DNA from: Isoptericola halotolerans | GTDB lineage: Bacteria; Actinomycetota; Actinomycetes; Actinomycetales; Cellulomonadaceae | Assembly: GCF_013149785.1 (NCBI RefSeq) | Contig: NZ_JABEZU010000001.1 | Location: 248,001-312,000 of the forward strand | DNA: 64,000 nt | Reading direction: 5' to 3' | Shown: one piece after another, positions 59,275 through 64,000 of the stretch | Layout: each line of letters starts with the position of its first letter | How positions within the stretch are numbered: position 1 is the stretch's first letter | Made by a program: the position numbers and the translations under genes | Notes under the pieces: model-generated | Seen by the model: only the letters and a program-made list of their open reading frames with translations | Database searches by the model: none | Told to the model about the DNA's origin: nothing

Positions 59275-61308
59275 GTGACGTCCACCGCCCCTTCCGCTCC
59301 CGCGAGCCGCGCCACGGAGCCACCGCGCCCCTGGTGGGTCGTCGCCGCCGGGCCGGGCGCCGTCGTCGCCGCGATCCTGGCGTTGCTCGCCGCCGGGACG
59401 TACTCGGGCGCCTTCGAGGCGCTGGGGACGTTCTCCGACCCGGGCGCCGTCGCGCGCTGGGGGACGCCGCTGGCGACGGTCGTGGCGGAGCTCGGGGTGT
59501 CGGTGACGCTCGGTGCGCTGTTCGCCGCCGCCTGCCTGGTGCCGCCCGGCCGGGCGCAGGCACGTCTGCTCGCCGTCGCGGGCTGGGCCGCCGCGGTGTG
59601 GGCCGTCGCCGCGGTGGTCGAGCTCGTGCTGCAGTACGCGGTCGTCTCGGCGCTCTCGCCCACGGCGGGCAACTTCGGGGCCGGGCTGGCCCAGTTCGTC
59701 GCCGACGTCGAGCTCGGCCGGATCATGGCCGGCATCGTGGCCCTGGCCGCGCTGACCTCCGGGGTCGCGCTGGCCGTCCGCGGACCGGTGGGCGCGCTGT
59801 GGACGGCACTGCTGCCCGTCGCGGCCCTGAGCATGCAGTCCACGACCGGGCACGCCGCCGGCGCCGCCGACCACTACCTGGCGATCGGTGCGATGTGGCT
59901 GCACCTGATGGGTGCGGCCCTGTGGGTCGGGGGACTCGCGGCGCTGGTCGTGCTGATCCTCCTGCGCCGGGACGACGTCACCGCCGTCGCCGTGACACGG
60001 TACTCGCCGGTCGCGGCCTGGTGCCTCGTCGCGGTGGCGGTCTCCGGGATCGTCAACTCCTGGATCCGGATGGAGGGCCTCGACGACCTGGCCACCCGGT
60101 ACGGGGTGCTGCTGCTCGCCAAGGCGGCGCTCACGGTGGTGCTCGGGGTGCTCGGGCTGGCGCACCGACGCCTGGTCGTCGGCCGACTGGCGGCGGGCCC
60201 GGACCACGCCGGGACCCACCGTCGCCTGTTCTGGCGGTTCCTCGCCGTCGAGCTGCTCGTCATCGGCGCTGTGTCCGGTGTGGCGGTGGCCCTCGGCTCC
60301 ACCGCACCCCCCGTGCCGGACGAGGTCCCGGTGGACGCCTCGCCCGCCTACCAGCTCACGGGCTACCCGCTGCCCCCGGAGCCGACGGCGGCGCGCTGGT
60401 TCACCGAGTGGGCGCTCGAACCGATCCTCGCCTTCGCCTGCGTCGCCGGAGTCGTGGTGTACCTGCGCTGGGTGCTGCGGCTCCGGCGTCGAGGCGACCG
60501 GTGGCCCCTGGCCCGGACGGCGTCGTGGTGCGCCGGCATGCTGGTGATGGTCTGGACCACCAACGGTGCGCCGACGGTCTACGGTCACGTGACCTTCAGC
60601 GGGCACATGGTCCAGCACATGACCCTGGCGATGCTGGTGCCGCTGCTGCTCGTGCTCGCCGCCCCCGTCACGCTGTTGCTGCGCGCGGTCCCGACGCGCA
60701 AGGACGGCTCGCGGGGCCCGCGCGAGTGGGTGCTCGCGCTGGTGCACTCGCGGTGGGGGGAGTTCCTCGCCCGACCGGTGGTGGCCGCCGTGCTGTTCGC
60801 GGGCGGCATGACGGTCTTCTACTTCACGCCGGTGTTCGAGTTCGCCCTGACGAACCACGTGGGGCACCTGTGGATGATCGTGCACTTCACGCTCGTGGGC
60901 TACCTGTTCGCGAACGCGCTGGTCGGCATCGACCCCGGTCCGCAGCGCCCGAGCTTCCCGATGCGGCTGGTCCTGCTGTTCGCCACGATGGTGTTCCACG
61001 CGTTCTTCGGGGTGGTGCTCACCACCGGCACGTCGCTGCTCGTGGCGGACTGGTACGGGAACATGGGGCGCGACTGGGGCCTGAGCGCGATCGAGGACCA
61101 GCAGCGCGGCGGCGGCATCGCCTGGGGGATCGGCGAGCTGCCCACCCTGGCGCTGGCGATCATCGTCGCCGTCCAGTGGACCCGGTCCGACGAGCGGGAG
61201 GCGCGCAGGAAGGACCGTCAGGCGGACCGCGACGGTGACGCGGAGCTGACCGCGTACAACGACATGCTGGCCAGGATGTCGGAGCGCGACGGACCTGTCG
61301 GCCGCTGA
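59275..61308 (+). CDS. CopD-CtaG fusion (cytochrome c oxidase assembly)
   Basis: TGHA, HL...LWVGGL, HMVQHM, HAFFG and DQQRGGGIAWGIGE.P motifs. Confidence 0.88.
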   Translation: MTSTAPSAPASRATEPPRPWWVVAAGPGAVVAAILALLAAGTYSGAFEALGTFSDPGAVARWGTPLATVVAELGVSVTLGALFAAACLVPPGRAQARLLAVAGWAAAVWAVAAVVELVLQYAVVSALSPTAGNFGAGLAQFVADVELGRIMAGIVALAALTSGVALAVRGPVGALWTALLPVAALSMQSTTGHAAGAADHYLAIGAMWLHLMGAALWVGGLAALVVLILLRRDDVTAVAVTRYSPVAAWCLVAVAVSGIVNSWIRMEGLDDLATRYGVLLLAKAALTVVLGVLGLAHRRLVVGRLAAGPDHAGTHRRLFWRFLAVELLVIGAVSGVAVALGSTAPPVPDEVPVDASPAYQLTGYPLPPEPTAARWFTEWALEPILAFACVAGVVVYLRWVLRLRRRGDRWPLARTASWCAGMLVMVWTTNGAPTVYGHVTFSGHMVQHMTLAMLVPLLLVLAAPVTLLLRAVPTRKDGSRGPREWVLALVHSRWGEFLARPVVAAVLFAGGMTVFYFTPVFEFALTNHVGHLWMIVHFTLVGYLFANALVGIDPGPQRPSFPMRLVLLFATMVFHAFFGVVLTTGTSLLVADWYGNMGRDWGLSAIEDQQRGGGIAWGIGELPTLALAIIVAVQWTRSDEREARRKDRQADRDGDAELTAYNDMLARMSERDGPVGR

Positions 61309-61316
61309 CGCGAGCC

Positions 61317-62489
61317 TCAGAACAACGAGTCGACGACCCGGGGAGCCAGGCCGAGCGCCGTCGTCGTCGCCAGGCCGTCCGCGATCGTGACGGCGCGGAC
61401 CCCGGGCAGCGGCTCCGTCACCACGAAGGGGTCGCCGGAGCCGGGGCCGGGGGCACGGACGACCTCGGTCACCGACCAGCGGCTGCGCACGACGGGCCGG
61501 TCGCTCCCCAGCAGGGCCGCCGTCTCGCGCAGCAGCAGCTCGTCCACGTCCTCCGACCGACCCGTGACGTCGGCGGGGGCACGTCCGTCGCCGACGACGA
61601 CGGACCCGTCGGGCTGGGCGGTCAGCGTCAGGTGCACCTCGGCGGCGAGCAGGTCGGGGTGCCGGGCACGCAGGCGCTCGCGGACCTCGCCCAGTGCGCG
61701 GCTGTGCAGGTAGGCGCTGTCCCGCAGGAGTGTGCTGGCACCGACCAGCACGGGACCGGCCGCCAGCCGTTCGGCGGCGGGGACGCCGTCGGGCAGCGGT
61801 GAGGCGATCCGCAGCATCTGGCGCCGGACCGGCAGCAGGCCGTCACCGAGCTCCCCGAAGAGCTGGCCGACGTCGTGCCCCACCGCGACCACCACGCGCT
61901 TGGCGACGACCTCCCCCCGTGAGGTGCGCACCAGGGTGCAGCCGCTGCCGGCGTCGAAGGTCTGGGCAGCGGTGGACCAGGCGACGTGCACCTGCGGGCG
62001 TCCTGAGAGCCAGTCGGCGATGATCCCGAGCGCGGAGGCGGGTTCGATACGCAGGTCCAGCGGGAGGAACGCCCCGCCGGCGGAGTCCTGGACGGGCGTA
62101 CGGTCCGCGACCTGCGGCCCGGTCAGGAGGGTGGCGTCCCCGGCGCGCGCCGCGACGAGGTCGTCGAGGACGGCGAGCTCGTCGCGGTGCCGGGCGACGA
62201 CGACGGCGCCGCACTCCCGCACGCCGAAGCCGGCTTCCCGGCCGGCCTTGAGCCATCGCTCACGGGAGGCCAGGGCACAGGCGAGCGCGGTCGAGTCCTG
62301 GGTGGTGATCGCCAGGTGGCCTCCGCGACGGGCGGTGTTGCCCACCGGTCGCTGGGCGGCGTCGACCACGAGCACCGAGAGGCCGCGGGCGTGCGCCTCG
62401 ACGGCGTGCGCCAGACCGACCGCACCGGCGCCGACGACCGCGAGGTCGACCTTGGTGGGGAGCGGAGGCAGGGCGCTGTCGGGGTTCAC
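61317..62489 (-). CDS. FAD-dependent oxidoreductase, DAO family (TIGR03364-like, divergent)
   Basis: DLAVVGAGAVGLAHA, DLRIEP, QMLR and DGSVVVGD motifs. Confidence 0.75.
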   Translation of the reverse strand: MNPDSALPPLPTKVDLAVVGAGAVGLAHAVEAHARGLSVLVVDAAQRPVGNTARRGGHLAITTQDSTALACALASRERWLKAGREAGFGVRECGAVVVARHRDELAVLDDLVAARAGDATLLTGPQVADRTPVQDSAGGAFLPLDLRIEPASALGIIADWLSGRPQVHVAWSTAAQTFDAGSGCTLVRTSRGEVVAKRVVVAVGHDVGQLFGELGDGLLPVRRQMLRIASPLPDGVPAAERLAAGPVLVGASTLLRDSAYLHSRALGEVRERLRARHPDLLAAEVHLTLTAQPDGSVVVGDGRAPADVTGRSEDVDELLLRETAALLGSDRPVVRSRWSVTEVVRAPGPGSGDPFVVTEPLPGVRAVTIADGLATTTALGLAPRVVDSLF

Positions 62490-62550
62490 GTCCAGAATCT
62501 GCCTGAGCACAGGGCCTGCGTTCAAGGCAGCAGCGGCCTGTGGACAAGGT

Positions 62551-62591
62551 GTTCGACCAGTGTTCACCTGCGGTTCCGCCGGGCGTTCCCC
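62551..62591. promoter_or_regulatory. PHO-box-like 11-nt direct repeats
   Basis: GTTCGAC (62551), GTTCACC (62562), GTTCCGC (62573) and GTTCCCC (62585). Confidence 0.55.
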
Positions 62592-62661
62592 GAGCGTCGC
62601 GGTGCCCCGTCGCGAGGATTTCCGTGAGGTGGTGGCGGCGGCTTGTGATAGACCCGGGTAG

Positions 62662-64000
62662 GTGACCCAGGACACCACGGCAGACACCTCCACCCGACCG
62701 CCCACCCCGTTCCACGACCTCGACGCCTTTCTCGAGGTCGGCCGCCTGAGCGGGCTGGTCCTCAGCGGTGACGGCACCCGTCTCGTGACGGCCGCCCAGT
62801 CCCTCGGCCCGGAGCGCACGGGCTACGTCTCGGCGCTGTGGGAGGTCGATCCCACCGGGGAGCAGCCGGCACGGCGCCTGACCCGCAGCGCCAAGGGCGA
62901 GTCGTCGCCCGCGTTCTCCGCGGGTGGCGACCTGCTGTTCACCTCGGCCCGGCCGGACCCCGAGGGCAAGCCTGACGACGATGCTCGCGCCGCCCTGTGG
63001 TGCCTGCCGTCCGGCGGTGAGGCGCGCGTGGTCGCGACGGCGCCCGGCGGGATCGGTGGCCTGCTGACGGCGAGCGACGCCGACGTCGTGTCGGTGACCG
63101 CGCCGGTGCTGCCCTCGGCGGCGGACCTGGCCGAGGACGGCGAGCTGCGCACGGCGCGCAAGGACCTCTCGGTCGACGCGATCTGGCACACGGGGTACCC
63201 CGTGCGGCACTGGGACCACGACCTGGGGCCCGACGCCGACCGTCGCTTCGCGACCTCCGTCGCTGCGGCCGAGGGTGGGCACGCCGAGCTCCGTCAGCTC
63301 ACCGGGGCGGGTCGCCAGCTCGACGAGGCCGGTGCCGCGCTGTCCCCGGACGGCGCGACGCTCGTCACGGTCTGGACCGTGGACGACCCCGGTGCGGCAC
63401 GGCGAGGGACGCTGGTCGCGATCGACACGAGGACGGGGGAGCGGCGCACGCTCGTCGACGACCCGGACGCGGAGGTCGCCTCGCCCGTCGTCTCGCCGGA
63501 CGGCCGGTGGGTCGCCTACGTCACGGAGACGGTCACGTCGCCGACCGATCCGCCGGTGGTGCGGGCGGCCGTCGTGGCGCTCGACGGCACCGGCGAGCCC
63601 GAGGTGCTGGCGGACGACTGGGACCGTTGGCCCACCTCGCTGACGTGGCTGCCCGGCTCCTCGGGCCTCCTGATCACCGCGGACGACGACGGTCGCGGCC
63701 CGGTCTTCCTGCTCACCTTCGACGCAGGGCCCGGCACGGGCCCGGTCACCGTGGAGCAGGTGACGGCCGACGCCGCGACGTTCACGGACGTCTGCGTCGC
63801 CCCCGACGGCTCCGCGGCCTACGCGCTGCGCACCTCCTACGCGGCGCCGTCGGAACCGGTCCGGGTCGATCTCGCCGCGTTCGTCGCGTCGGGCCCCGCG
63901 GGGGAGCGTGAGCCGGTGCCCGCCGTCGTGCTCCCGTCGCCGGTGGTGGCCCCCGAGCTGCCGGGTGTGCTGACCGAGGTGGAGACGACGGCGCCCGACG
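62662..64000 (+). CDS. S9 family (prolyl oligopeptidase/acylaminoacyl peptidase) protein, partial
   Basis: Not in the ORF track because it has no stop in the window. TPFHDLD..L..RLSGL, RRLTRS.KGES, YPVRHWDHDLGP and SPDG propeller repeats; frame is open to the window end. Confidence 0.85.
   Translation, partial: MTQDTTADTSTRPPTPFHDLDAFLEVGRLSGLVLSGDGTRLVTAAQSLGPERTGYVSALWEVDPTGEQPARRLTRSAKGESSPAFSAGGDLLFTSARPDPEGKPDDDARAALWCLPSGGEARVVATAPGGIGGLLTASDADVVSVTAPVLPSAADLAEDGELRTARKDLSVDAIWHTGYPVRHWDHDLGPDADRRFATSVAAAEGGHAELRQLTGAGRQLDEAGAALSPDGATLVTVWTVDDPGAARRGTLVAIDTRTGERRTLVDDPDAEVASPVVSPDGRWVAYVTETVTSPTDPPVVRAAVVALDGTGEPEVLADDWDRWPTSLTWLPGSSGLLITADDDGRGPVFLLTFDAGPGTGPVTVEQVTADAATFTDVCVAPDGSAAYALRTSYAAPSEPVRVDLAAFVASGPAGEREPVPAVVLPSPVVAPELPGVLTEVETTAPD

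Overview
A high-GC actinobacterial chromosome segment. Gene content and protein styles suggest Micrococcales (Cellulomonas/Isoptericola/Georgenia-like); the taxon is an inference. It has about 50 CDS and no rRNA, tRNA, CRISPR array, integrase or transposase that I could see. Core genes: purB, a HisC/Pat aminotransferase, an AlaA-type aminotransferase, pyruvate:quinone oxidoreductase, an E1a/E1b/E2 2-oxoacid dehydrogenase operon, a CopD-CtaG fusion and a partial S9 peptidase. Three carbohydrate loci: (1) LacI + fructose-type ABC + multidomain GH32 + PfkB; (2) LacI + oligosaccharide ABC + a short clan GH-J hydrolase; (3) a DeoR-LacI hybrid regulator + orphan solute-binding protein + DUF2264 + 2-hydroxyacid dehydrogenase + Tat-exported YetA/PL26-like lyase. 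Also present are a MoxR-DUF58-vWA-vWA-Bat-like operon and a stress/xenobiotic neighbourhood (ECF41, SoxR, MocR and MerR modules, MFS, ABC-F, APH-like kinase) in which most candidate operators can be read from the DNA. The best candidates for undescribed biology are: a split transketolase-like pair behind a SoxR-type promoter; a WXG100-like protein coupled to a YxxxE-bearing lipase (possible type VII substrate pair); a DeoR-LacI regulon with a recurring 10-bp-period motif; a PHO-box-like array next to a divergent TIGR03364-like oxidoreductase; and nested domain insertions in the GH32. All family calls come from motif recognition by eye; no database search was run.
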